Shown here in pieces: positions 1-12,296 of a DNA stretch of 64,000 nucleotides. The first letter of the stretch is position 1. The number at the start of each line of letters is the position of its first letter. Position numbers and translations under genes: made by a program. The notes under the pieces were generated by a model. That model did not search any database. It was not told the origin of the DNA and was given only the letters and a program-made list of their open reading frames with translations. Source of the stretch: Felis catus (taxonomy: Eukaryota); the NCBI RefSeq assembly GCF_018350175.1, contig NC_058383.1, positions 6,760,001 to 6,824,000 on the forward strand. The letters run 5' to 3'.

Positions 1-574
1 TGGGAGGAATATTATAACAGTACAACCTTAAGGTACATAAATAAATTATGTGTCTATGGGTAAGTTACTTATATATCCCCCAGCAAACAGTAAGGTTTCA
101 TTGATCTGCTTTCCATGTATTCTCCACAACTTGGGTTGACTGCATAGGATCTCTTCAACACTGATCTCTAAGTGTTTCCTTTGGTCCTCTGACACCTTCT
201 CTCAATAACGTAAGTATCTTTCTGGTGGCAGTGTGGGAAATGGAGATGGGGCATTAGGTTTGGCCCAGCTGGATTTTTCAGTTAAATTCATTTATCAATG
301 AATTTACAAGTTGGAAGGGCCCTCTGAGATAATTTAGTTAATTTTACGTAGGAAAAAAATGAATGAACCCTACTGGTGGGGTTTTATTCAAAATCATCCT
401 AATCAGTGTCAGACACAGCACTGGAAATGGCCTTCTAGTAGCCCAAAACATTTTCCACTGCATCCTCACAACCCCCTTCATTACTCACCACTTCCAAGTC
501 AAGCACAATTACCTCCCACAACTGAAAAATCCACCTGATGTCTAAAATCATACATTTAAAATTCATGAAGTTCA

Positions 575-805
575 GGGGAGCCTGGGTGACTCAGTTCAGT
601 GTCCGACTCTTGGTTTCCGCTCGGGTCATTTTACCCTTCCTCAGTTTGGGACCCACATTTGGGCTCTGCGCTGCCAGTGCGTGGGCACTGTCAGTGCAGA
701 GCCTGCTTGGGATTCTCGCTCCTCCTCTCTGCCCTCCCCTCCTCTGTGCCCTCCCCCACTGGTGCTGTCTCCGTCTCTCTCAAAATAAATACACTATAAA
801 AAAAT
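575..805 (+). mobile_element. Can-SINE (tRNA-derived carnivore SINE), older copy
   Basis: GGGG(A)GCCTGGGTG(A)CTCAG head, CT-rich tract, AAATAAA/A-rich tail; ends approximate. Confidence 0.85.
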
Positions 806-1199
806 TAATAAAGCTCAGAAACAGCAAGGGAAAAGAGGTGTGTGTAATCTTTCCTACTGCATCCAAATCACTTTACTCACTAGGTTTCAAACACTACCAC
901 CGTTAATGGTGGTGGGCTTGGAGGTGAGCAAGTGATCTGCACACATTTACGAAGCTTAACAAATTGGTAAAAACCCGCGGAGCTTGATAGCTTCGAGAGT
1001 CTTCCTCCTTTTACATTCAGGATCTCTAGGAATGAGGGTGGGGGTGGGGAAGCCCTCACCAGAAGGAATGCAAATACGGACAACTGGGGAAACAGAGAAA
1101 TTGGCCTCGGATCCTGTCTTCCACCATCCCCTGGGGTGAAGACCGAGGAAAGAAGGCCCAGGAAGAGCCCTCAGCGGACTGCCTCTTCCCGGTCCCAGA

Positions 1200-1660
1200 G
1201 GCATCTCAACCTGGCCCAGAAAACAAAACGCGTGCCTTTTCCACTTGGATCCAGAGCTGTCTCTGCAGAGAGAGACGGCGCTCCCTACGGACGAGGCCGG
1301 AACACAGGGCAGGGACATGGACCCTCCACCCCGTCCGGGGGCGGTGATGGCGCGAGGAGCCGCGGAACACAGCTGTACACATCCACCTCTGTCCCCACCC
1401 GTCCACCCTGGCCGGACCCACGTCTCACCGTGAACCCCGGAGACGTCTGGGGGTGCTGGGGCAGAAAAGGGAGGTGACTCTTGGGGGGAGGTGGCAAAGG
1501 GCAGCGCACTTGGACCCACACCCTCTGCTCATCACAACCTTGATTGCGGGCACATCTGTGAGTCCCACCAGAAGCCGGAAGTGTCAACACTTGTCTTTCA
1601 GAAGAGGAGTCCTCTCTAGGAACGCGGGAGGACTGTGGCCTTGTTCCCCACTCGACGGCC
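1200..1660 (-). promoter_or_regulatory. FAM200A: CpG-island promoter and non-coding first exon on the minus strand, probably FAM200A
   Basis: CpG-rich; ETS/GABPA site CCGGAAGTG at 1575-1583; minus-strand donor ACG|GTGAGA (GT at 1428-1427). Gene name inferred from synteny only; no FAM200A coding sequence seen in the window. Confidence 0.55.
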
Positions 1661-2095
1661 TTGTCTGGCTTTGGGGATCTCCCCCCTTAGCTCAGCTTTT
1701 CCCAGCCTGGTGAAGGGGGCTTAAGTTTCCTTTGCTACCATTCTTCTCAGATACTTCTGTTTCTCCTTTTTCTTACTGATGGCAATAATCCTAAGAATTC
1801 TAGTTATTAAACCATATGACTACTTAGTGATTTTGTGTGTCAGAAGAACTGAAACAAAAATGTAAAGAGAAATATCAAAGTGAAGTCAAGAATGAATGGT
1901 TTCACAAAACCAAAGTCGTTGCTTCTCTGGCGACCGTGATTACGTACTGTCATTTGAATGGGTAGTAGTTTCAAAAATTTCATCTATGGGCAATAGACAT
2001 TCTTTCCAGTACTAGACGGTTAAGATTCTGACCTTGGCTAAAATTACCAGGGAGTTTTCGGCGTAATAATAATGGAATTGCTACAGTTCATCGAA

Positions 2096-2317
2096 TTTTT
2101 TAAATTAAATTTTTAAAATGTTTATTTTGAAAGACAGAGAAAGTGCACACGTGCGAGCAGGGGAGGGGCAGAGAGGAAGACAGAGAGAATTCCAAGCAGA
2201 CTCTGCACTACCAGTGCTGAGCCAAACACGGGGCTGGAACTCACCAACCATGATATCATGACCTAAGCTGAAATCGAGTCCAGATGCTTAACCACCTGAA
2301 GTCACCCAGGCATCCCC
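2096..2317 (-). mobile_element. Can-SINE
   Basis: T-rich tail, GA-rich tract, reverse complement of the SINE head ending CACCCAGGCATCCCC. Confidence 0.85.
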
Positions 2318-2869
2318 AGTAAGTCGAATTTTGCTGTCAAAATGTTATCACAAGAATTATGGCTTTTACCATTACTTTAAGAGTAGGTCAAGATACCTCA
2401 CCTTTTATAAAACCATAACTGAGACCTTGAAAGACTGACACACTCTGAATTCCAAGACAAGTCTGAGCACAACGGAAGACCCACAAAAGGAATAGCCACA
2501 TGCTACAGAGGGTACCAATGACTAGGTGATACTCTGAGTAACCTTCCAAGCCCTAAATAATATCCCATTCTCTTTGATCTTGCTGATATTGTCACTGTTT
2601 TCTTTCTACTTCCCTATGACTCTTCAATAAACCACTCGAGTAAATCTTTGCTCCTTCATCACTGACTGGCTCACTAAACTATGGTCCTCCTTAAAGACCT
2701 CTTGGTCCTAGAACTTCTACATACTTCCTCAAATCTCCTTCCAGTGTTCCAAGTTGTCTCTAAGAGCCATTACATGGTTACACATTGTTTTTCTTCTTTG
2801 TCTAAACCCTGCCCTTTCCCCTTTGCCCCCAAGCCCCATTCCTACACTAAAGTACTTACAAGGTTCAGG

Positions 2870-3530
2870 AAGATAGGTTATTGAATGCAGACAGCTGGGT
2901 ATGTTTTTGTATTTATGTAGTGTGTGTGGCAGGGACTGTGGGACCTTTATAATTACTCCACTCGTTGCCTACTGATCTACTGGCACAAGGAAGACAAGGT
3001 CGCCTGGCTTCCAGTTCACTGGAACATTTAATATATCTTCTAGAAATGTTCTTCCTGAGAATCAGAACCATAACCCAGAAGACTCTAGGTTTGAAGATAG
3101 GAAGCACAAATTCCACCAGTGAGTTACTGAATATTATAGTAATAGGGGCCACTCCTGTTCCAACCTGTTGGTTTCTATACCCAAGTAGTCTTTCTATTGG
3201 AGACACACCACCATGTATGTTATTGGTTCAATGCATATCATTGCATATACTGTATCCTGGAGGACAGCTCCCCAATTTTCCAAGGTGTAACTTAGCTGTG
3301 TCTTCAACATGCCATTCCATAGTTCTATCAGGCTAGCTGCTTCTGGGTGATGAGTAAGAACCATGAATTCTGTGATTACAAGTTCATTGTCAGACCTCCT
3401 TGACTATAAACCAGATTCCTTGATTTAAGGTAGGTCTAATGGATAAGGCATTCTACAAACCCTCAGATGATGGTGCCTATGGAGACAAAGCAGTCAGAGA
3501 AGACAAACCTATATTTAGAACATGTATCAG
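2870..3530 (-). mobile_element. Degenerate ERVL/MaLR-type internal fragment
   Basis: Resembles ERVL internal sequence from memory (e.g. CCTGAGAATCAGAACCATAACCCAG); ends approximate. Confidence 0.4.
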
Positions 3531-3636
3531 TTCTACTGTAATATTTTACTTCTTTTGTATCTATTCATGCCTACTGTAACGGTGGACATATGGGAAAAAT
3601 TAATGAAGTGCTCGACCCTTGGGAACCCTAGTAATA

Positions 3637-4155
3637 GGGGCGCCTGGGTGGCTTATTTGGTTAAGTGTCTGACTTCGGCCCAGATCATGATCTCACAGTC
3701 CGTGGGTTTGAACCCCACATCAGGCTCTGTGCTGACAGCTCGGAGACTGAAGCCTGCTTTGGATTCTGTGTTTCCCTCTCCCTCCGACCCTCCCCCACTC
3801 ATGCTCTGTCTCTCTCTCTCTTTCAAAAAAAATAAACATTAACAAAAAAGTAACATAGTGTAAGATAAAAATTACAAATTTTGTAAGTTGGTTAATTGTT
3901 GCCACCTCTGTCATCTGAAGAACTGCTGAAAGAAAATTTTGCTCAAAAGCAAAATAATAGTCTTAAAAAAATTTTTTTTTTAAGTTTGAGAGAGAGCATG
4001 AGCAGGGAAGGGGCAGAGAGGGAGAGAATCCCAAGCAGGCTCTGTACTGTCAGTGTAGAGCCTGACATGAGGCTCGAACTCACAAATTTTGAGATCATGA
4101 CCTTAGCCAAAACCAAGAGTTGGACGCTTAACTGACTGAGTCACCCAGGCACCCT
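3637..4155. mobile_element. Two Can-SINEs in tail-to-tail orientation (3637-3850 +, 3964-4155 -)
   Basis: SINE heads and tails; the second copy is flanked by a repeat of GCAAAATAATAGTCTTA. Confidence 0.85.
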
Positions 4156-4832
4156 GCAAAATAATAGTCTTACCACTCTTTGTTAGGGATTGATGTCTAC
4201 TGGAGAGAAATGGACTTCTAAGAGAGTGCCTCTTATTGTCCTCTTACTGGAGCAAACTGCCTGAGTCAGCTAAAACTCAAGACACAAATGCACCACTGCC
4301 ATAATTTGCGAATAAGGTACAACTTGTGGGGAAATGGCAACTCAGGAAAGAACTCCAAACTTATAGCTATCCTAGAGTATTAGAAGAGATGTTAATGAAA
4401 AGGAGAAATAATGTGTCATCTATTTTCCCAGGGACCTCAACAGGAACAACAGGTATCACTAGGGAGTGTATTTCTGTTCAACGCAAGACGTTTCTAACTT
4501 GCTGTACAGCAGGCAATTGACTAAGCAGTGCATCTTCTGTGATGCTGACTCCCTTGCACCGGATACCGTAGACTAGAGAGATTGTGTCACAGTAGAAAGT
4601 TGCATTAGGTCAATGACACTCAAAAAGGAAAGAAAGGGTAAGCAGATCAGAACATCCCAGAGACTGATGTAATTTGAAAAAGCATATACGATGCCACACT
4701 TTTTTGTGTGTGGATTTTCTTAATTTGAAATGTCAACTATCACTAAAGGATAATACTTGATTTGTAATCTTAAAGAAGTAATATCTAAAGGCCCTTGCGA
4801 ATCCCCTTTTTGATTCTTTAAGAGCCTTGCCA

Positions 4833-5252
4833 GGGGCACCTGGGTAGCTCAATCGGTTAAGTATCAGACTCCTGCTTTCAGCTCAGGTCATGATCTCAGG
4901 ATTCATGAGATGGAGCCGTGAGATGATGAGCTCTGACCACGTGGAGCCTGCCTGCAATTCTCTCTCCCTTTCTCTCTAAATATATATATATTTTTAATAT
5001 TTTTTTAAAAATTTTTTTTCAACGTTTATTTATTTTTGGGACAGAGAGAGACAGAGCATGAACGGGGGAGGGGCAGAGAGAGAGGGAGACACAGAATCGG
5101 AAACAGGCTCCAGGCTCTGAGCCATCAGCCCAGAGCCCGACGCGGGGCTCGAACTCCCGGACCGCGAGATCGTGACCTGGCTGAAGTCGGACGCTTAACC
5201 GACTGCGCCACCCAGGCGCCCCTAAATAAATATTTTTAAAAAAGAAGAAAAC
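4833..5252. mobile_element. Older + strand Can-SINE with a young Felidae SINE (-, about 4995-5223) nested in its tail
   Basis: 14-bp TSD TAAGAGCCTTGCCA at 4819-4832 and 5253-5266 encloses both; inner copy is CpG-rich and near consensus. Confidence 0.88.
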
Positions 5253-5339
5253 TAAGAGCCTTGCCAGTCCCTAGCAGATCCAGTTCCACCATAAGACATC
5301 ACATTCTGTAAGGATCCAGAAGGTCACGATGCCCTCGGT

Positions 5340-6560
5340 ACTTCTGTTCTAGCGCCTGGCCTGCCTGTCCGTGGGCTCCGCGCTTTACTTACCCCAGTTT
5401 CTGCATAGTCCAGTCTCTCTCCCCGCCCCCCGGAACGCAGCTCTCTTCCAGTCTCAATTTCTCTAAGAAACTCCCAACTTGCTCAATGCCCTGTCCCTCG
5501 GCCCAAAACATTAATGGACTCCGGTCCCACGGTTTTCTGTGGTCCTTATACCACCCAAGAGCCTTCCATTTTCGCTTTAATCAGTGTATTTCGTACCCCT
5601 GTACTAGTTCCCCACCTGCTGACTTACAGAAGCGGGACCATTACGTCTGCCCCTCCACTCCCGGAACACGCGCGACGTGAGCGGGCCACTACCCCGCGAG
5701 GACGCTTTCCCAAACCCGGGGCTGTCCTGGTCATTACTGGTACAATGGCTACAGAGGTTGCCGGCGGGGTCAGCACGGACGAAGGTCAGGGCCAGAGAAG
5801 TAAAACGAAGAGCCCCGCACTCGCACGTCCCTGGTACTTACTCCACATCCGGGGCTCTCATCCGGGGCCCTCACCCAGGGGGCCTTCATCCGGGGCCCAC
5901 CTTCCGCCCACGGCCACGGGACTCCGCCTCCGGAAGTGCCACTGAGAAGCGCCGGCCTCCAAGCGGTCTAGAGCGACCCCGGAAAGCCCAGGGCTGCCCC
6001 TAGAGCGAGGGTGTCCGCGACGGGACGGCCGCTCGGCCTGCCCCTCCTTTCGGGTGAGTTCCCGGTAGCAGTCCTGGGGTCGCGGCTAGGTTAGGCTCCC
6101 GGGGAGGAGGAGGAAGCGCCCGGGAACTCGGTCGACGGCGGTTCCCGTCCCCAGAGCGCTCCAGGGCGGGCGGGCGAGGGCCTGTTTTCCTTCAGTCAGG
6201 GTTCGCCCTGACGCCCAGCGAACCGATGGCCCCGCCGCCAGGACCCGGTGACTCTGCCCTGGTGTGAGCTGGGTTTCTGTGGCCCGCCCTCGCCCTTTTG
6301 GGATCGCGTCTTCTCCTGACAGGGAAGCGAGAGGAGGGCAGCGCGGGGCGAGGCCTTCTGAGGACTGGGCGCGAGGGCCCTTTCTGAGGGTTGTGGAAGC
6401 GGGACGGAAGCCTGTCGCGTCCTTGGCTTTGAAGGACGCCGGCCAAACCTGTTTGAAAACCGCAGCTCTTCCCAGGGTTACTGTCGGGCCAGCGGGAAGC
6501 GGCCTGCCCACCTAGTCTGTTGGCGAAGGGTCTGACCCCCCTGAGTGGAATTTTGTTATT
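5340..6560 (+). promoter_or_regulatory. ZNF655: ZNF655 CpG-island promoter with non-coding exon 1 (donor after 6053); probably bidirectional
   Basis: High CpG density; CCGGAAGTG at 5930-5938; donor CGG|GTGAGT at 6053/6054. Confidence 0.8.
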
Positions 6561-7052
6561 AGTCAAGCCCGTTTAGTAATTCAAAGTGCGCTGACCGAGC
6601 GTTTACCAAATAATTTCTCAGGGGTCTGCTGAAAAAATAATAAATAATCATCACTGGCATACTTTTCTAGGTACAAACTTGAGCCTTGAAAGAAGTTTGC
6701 GTATTTCAAATATTTTAAACTTTCCACAGAACTCTATTAAGTTGTACTTTCTTGTTTGTTTGTTTTTTTCTTGAAATATCACAAATTCTGAATTGGTGGA
6801 GAGTTTAAATAAACCATATTTGGACCATATGGTTTGGTTCATAGCTATTTGAAACGGAAATTTTTCCATTTTTTCTTTCTGTTGTTTTGTTTAGGTGGGT
6901 AAATCATTTGTAGCTGTTTTTGTGGAGTATCTACAGCGTGTCAGATATTTTGCTCAGTCCGGAGGATGTAAAATAGCGGGCCGTCTTAACTCGTTACAAT
7001 AATTTTTCCCAATCTCACCCAGCAGTGATGATCGTTGTCCTCCAGAACAGGG

Positions 7053-7188
7053 ATGGAGGAAATACCGGCCCAGGAAGCGGCAGGATCAGCAATTGTCCAG
7101 TTTCAGTCTTTGGGGAGCCAGTCTGAGGGCCTGTCCCCAGAGCCTCAGTTCGCGCAGGACACCGACATGGAGCAGGAACTCAACGGGG
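7053..7188 (+). CDS. ZNF655: ZNF655 first coding exon (MEEIPAQEAAGSAIVQFQSLGSQSEGLSPEPQFAQDTDMEQELNG), phase-1 donor
   Basis: Tandem acceptor CAGCAG ending 7022/7025; ATG at 7053 in GGGATGG; donor G|GTAAGG; matches the ZNF655 N-terminus as I recall it. Confidence 0.93.
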
Positions 7189-8361
7189 GTAAGGCGGAGA
7201 GAGCCCTTCAGTCCAATTGAATGGGAGTTGCAGTGGGGCTCCCGGGCCTGGTACTTAGGAGGCCAAGAACTTCGATAAGAAGATGGCCCCCAGGGTGTCT
7301 GGAAGGGAAGGACAGATGTGACTCAGTTCAGTCCTGGTCTTGGGCTCTTGTATTAAGGACAGCCTTTCTTTCTTTAATAGGCAGAGTGGTGGCATTCACT
7401 CTGCTTTAGCTATTTTTCGCTCGTACAACCTTTACTTTATCCCGGATTCATTTCTAGGATAATGCTGCTTTTACTGCATCTCACAATCCTCGCCTCCTCG
7501 CTTTTACTTCCTCTTAGGTTTAGGGCCCGTCTCTCCCCCTGTTCCTTTCACTTAGTTTCTTCCTTCCTTGATGACTTTGCGAGCTTTGCCACCTGCCATT
7601 CTGTTGCAGCTGCAGTGTTTGTGACTAATCTGATTTTGGCCAAAAAAAAAAAAAAACCCAACCATTTAATTCCTTGGTTGAGCACAATGCGTGTACACAT
7701 ATCACATATTGACTCTACAGTAACATCTGTATGTAACATCGTGTAGATAGGTTGATATGTCTGGTACCTTTTTTTGTTTTGTAAGAACCTTCTCTGAGAT
7801 GACACGTGGCCAACTGCAGTGCCTGAAATAACTTAGGTGTCAGCAACTCACACTGCGAGTGCCACGGTGTGTAGAGTGTTGCGGAAAGGATGGTGAGGAA
7901 CCAGGTGACCATTCTTTATTCTCGGGAGCCTTACATGCTGGTCGTAGAGACAGTGCCAGTTCACATAAAGGCTTAACGAAATTTACGGAACAGGGTCTGG
8001 GAGAGCGTCAGAAGCTGACTAAATAACCACTGCCCTGGACAAGTCACTGCAAGTCTTTATGCTTTGCTTTGCCCATCTGCAAAACAGGTATAGTGCTTAC
8101 CCTTCTGTTAGAGGAGTGTCCTGCCATGAGAATAAAGTGAGATACCAGATTTCTTAAGAAAATCCTGTATCAGGTCTAAATGTGGGTAAGGAGGGCATTC
8201 CAGTGCTGAGAAGGAGCAGAGTAGACGCACTCAGTACCTGATAAATGTTGGTTGGTGTTGCTAGAATGTTGATGTACAGAAGGGTCCCACTGACTCCCTC
8301 TTCTGTCAGGGAGCCCTGGGGAAGGGCTGCTCTCACTCTTGGCTCCTTTCTCCTCCCTCAG

Positions 8362-8447
8362 CTCCACCTGTTCCCCAGGTGCCTGCTCTTCCCCATGAGG
8401 GAAGCCCAGGAGACCAGGCAGCCACGCTCCTGCCAGCCAGGTACCAG
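8362..8447 (+). CDS. ZNF655: ZNF655 alternative linker exon (APPVPQVPALPHEGSPGDQAATLLPARYQ)
   Basis: Polypyrimidine tract + CAG acceptor; 86 nt, phase 1 to 0; donor CAG|GTGAGC. Confidence 0.85.
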
Positions 8448-8799
8448 GTGAGCTGAGGAACCCTCTGCTTTTCCTCAGGGACTGTTGCTACTGATCGAGT
8501 GTGGCCCTTCCCTCAACCCATCCGTAAACCCTGCCTGAATTTTTTTTTTCAATAGCAGACCCCAATTTGGAAATTGATCCTCTTCAGAAACCTGGACTTC
8601 ACACAAACCACCTTCCCATCTCCCCACCACCACCAGTAAACACTGTTCCTTCTCTATCCCTGGTGCTGTGATGGGCGTTTATTAGATATTAAAGGTTATG
8701 GAACTTATTCCCTAGATTCTAGTCTCTTCTCCCTCCTCCCCAGCTTTGCTACACAGTGGACACCCTCTTTGTGTCATCTCCTTCATTTTCTGGCCGTGA

Positions 8800-9006
<207 letters not shown>

Positions 9007-9748
9007 TAGGATTTCTTTACTTCCTTGGTTTCTGAGGAGGTGTGAGGTCTCTGAGAACGTAGTGTGTGGCTCAGATTCCAGATCTTAGAACCTCTGAATC
9101 CTCCATCTTCAAGGTCATCTCCTCTGAGAGTGGGTTTTCTTTGGGGGTTTCAAGATGAGACGTTTTATTCCTTATTTGTAATTAATGATTGCTGCTTTTG
9201 TGGGACATCTGTTCCCTGTTAGAAAAGGGAAACTTGCTTGTGCTTGGCTTAAGTTCTTGACTTCCCTATCTTTTCTTTTTTTATGAGAGGGACCCTAGAG
9301 CCTCCCAATCCACAACCACTTTCTTTCTTGGTAATTCATTGTTTCTGTATCTGAAAGCTTTCCATTTTCTTTGGAAAAAGAAATGCTTTTTTTTAAGATA
9401 GGCTAAAATCCTTGTTGAATAATCCCTCGCCTCTTAACATCCCTAAATTCACCTCTAAGCAGGCAGAGTTGGAGAGATTTCATTTAAAGACCTGACTCAC
9501 TGTGAGTCTATTTCAGTGAGTCATCCAGATGGTAGTTCTAAGTAACCTCACCCTGGGCAGAAGTATCAGCTTTAAACTGAGTCTCTCCTGGGTCATTTGG
9601 ATGGTACAGTAGGCTGCTGGGCTTAGGCAACCTGTAGGGCTATTGGCAGCCCACTTGATTTGAACATCCCCCCTTTCCTCCTTTTTTGCCTGTCTCTGCT
9701 GCTTTTTTTTTTTTTTTTTAATGTATGAATATATTTAATCACACTCTT

Positions 9749-9752
<4 letters not shown>

Positions 9753-9786
<34 letters not shown>

Positions 9787-9800
9787 CTCCCCCCCCCCTT
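9753..9800. repeat. (CT)n microsatellite and poly-C run upstream of the alternative terminal exon
   Basis: Seen directly. Confidence 0.9.
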
Positions 9801-9954
9801 TTTTTGCTTTGCCTATGCTGGTGCCATCCAGGGTGTTCCTTTGTCTCCTTGATTACACTCAGGATTAAAGAAGTCTTGTTATCTGTGGGGAGGCATTCTG
9901 CCCACTGGAAGGTTTTTAGTGTGTTTCCCATTCCTGGCTCTTTGATCTTTGTAG

Positions 9955-10151
9955 GCATACTTCTCCGCCTTCCTACCACCCGGATTCATAGTGTGAATTC
10001 CTGCCCGGCCCTGAGTCATACCCAGGCAAGTGCTTTCTCTGGAGAAACACTTGCAGTTCTTTCAGCAGGAATCTCCAAGAGATGGCCCAGGTATCGGCTT
10101 CCCATCGATATTGCTCGGCCCCGCTCGGAAACTCCTTTTCCACGATTGTAA
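9955..10151 (+). CDS. ZNF655: ZNF655 alternative terminal exon of the 181-aa KRAB-only isoform (GILLRLPTTRIH...SETPFPRL*)
   Basis: TTTGTAG acceptor, phase 1, open to TAA at 10149-10151; 136+86+127+197 = 546 nt = 181 aa + stop; matches my recollection of the short human isoform. Confidence 0.85.
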
Positions 10152-10994
10152 GATATTAACACTTGATCGATGCTCTCAGGATGCCATCACTATGTAAAAT
10201 TGCAGCTCCTCAGATGACCTTTGTTAAATTTCTGAAGGGCCGAGGAGGCCCTCCGTTGCAGCCAGATGCATTTTGAACCTGAGTTATGAGTTCATTCATA
10301 AGCCACGGTTGGTGGTCATCTATTTGTGTTCTGTGAAACCACAAAGTTCAACTCCAGCTCTTCAGTTATGATCTTTTCATGTTATTTTAGAATGTGGGAC
10401 ATATGCTGTGCACTGTTCTTTTCTGAGTGAACGTGACCCTGCCATTTCTGTTGCCTAATTTTCCTGCAACCCCTGGCCTTTCCTCATATTTAACACTCTA
10501 GTCTTCTCCTTTACGTCCCTGTGGCCCCTTCCAAGGCCCTGCCTTTGTCTCCTTTACTCTTTGTGGTGCTATACAGATTGACGCATTTATATGACTTTTC
10601 CGGATCAAGTTTTCCTTAGCTCTGTCCTTCACGGATGGGAGATGGGAGGGCAAAAGAATTGAATTTCCTTATTTCAGGGTATTAAACTGAATGTATATTT
10701 AACAATTTTGTAAACTGTAAAGTGATATGTAATTGTAAACTACTGTTAATTTTATCTAATAATTACATAATTTCCAACAGTTAACCTGTCTACTTTTTGG
10801 AGTAAAAAAAAAACCTTCTTAGCACTTTAATCAGCCTAATAGCACAACATGCTGTTGGACTGAATTTTTTTCTCTGTCATCTCTGCACATATACAGGACG
10901 TGCATGCACACTCACACCTAATGGGTACAAATGCACACAAGAAGCCCTCCTATTCAACTTGCTTTGGTGACCAAGTCAGCAGCATCTTTTTAGT

Positions 10995-11208
10995 AATTTT
11001 AAAAAATTTTTTTTAAATCTTTTTTTTGAGAGAGAGACAGTGCAAGCAGGGGAGGAACAGAGAGACAGGGAGACACAGAATCTGAAGCAGGCTCCAGGCT
11101 CCGAGCTGTCAGCACAGAGCCTGACGCGAGGTTTGAACCCACGAACCATGAGATCATGACCCGAGCTGAAGTCGGCCACTTAACTGATTGAGCCACCCAG
11201 GTGCCCCA
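10995..11208 (-). mobile_element. Can-SINE
   Basis: Reverse-complement SINE with T-tail and GA tract. Confidence 0.88.
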
Positions 11209-12070
11209 GTAATTATTTTTTACAAAAATTAGGAGATGCTCTTCATTTTTGTGGGCTCGGCAAACTTCACCTGAAGTTTAAGATTTTACACTTAATTAGC
11301 TTAATGTTTGGTGTTGTTGTAGAATAAGGACATTATAATTCAGTCCCTGACTTAGCAACCCCACTATCAAGTTCTTTTTCCCATGGCAGTAGCTCAGAGT
11401 TGTATTTGTAGCAGACATCAAAACTTTGTTCCTTTTGGATAAGTGCTTCTACTATAAAGTAGTAAACATACAAAGTATGAACAGCTGAGCTATAAAAAAG
11501 TAAGTAAAAAATCAGACTTTTCATTACCAAATCTAAAAAGAAGCATATTCTATTGACAACGAGTGGATTACTGGCTTGAGGGTCACCAAAGGGGAGTCAT
11601 TTGTGACTTAGTTCAGGAGACCAGGAAAGTGGTCTGGATTCCACTTCACACAGAGGCAGTGTGGGCAGGTGCCTTTTTAGATAACATCATTGGAAACATG
11701 CTTATCAAAATTCTGGTTGTTGATAAGTTGATAAATCAGGAAGTGTTTGACACATACCTTTTACTTTTTGAAGTTGATGTCATGAGGACAAAAATGATTT
11801 TCTATAGAATGTCTTTTACTGCCAGTCTATTTACTATTTATTGAGGAGTCAACGTGTTACGAGGTACTGTACATATCTCATTTAATTCACCGTAACCCTG
11901 TAAGGTAGTTATTATTCTATTTTATACGTGAGGAAACTGAGGCTCAGAAAAGTCAAGTGATCCACTCAAGGTCACAGCTAGGCTTAGGACTCAGATCTGA
12001 CTCTGACACTTAGGCTCTTTTTCACTATTTTACCCCTTAGAACAGTTAGTCCAACCGTATATAGAGTGCT

Positions 12071-12296
12071 TGTGTGTGTGTGTGTGTGTGTTTAATGTTT
12101 ATTTATATTGAGAGGTAGAGAGAGAGAGAGCCTGAGCTGGGGAGGGGCAAAGAGAGGGAGAGAGAGAATCCCAAGCAGGTTCTGCACTGATAGTGCAGAG
12201 CCCGATGCAGGGCTCGAACTCACGAACTGTGAGATCTTGACCTGAGCCGAAATCAAGAGTTGGAGCATAACTGCCTGAGCCACCCAGGCACCCCTA
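12071..12296 (-). mobile_element. Can-SINE with (TG)n at its tail
   Basis: SINE consensus motifs plus TG microsatellite. Confidence 0.88.

Noticed and set aside
5514..6566. Overlapping 80-140 aa ORFs in CpG islands (also at 956-1713, 23387-24055, 40372-41073, 62704-63344)
   Set aside because: Expected from stop-codon scarcity in GC-rich DNA; no domains and mostly non-ATG starts.
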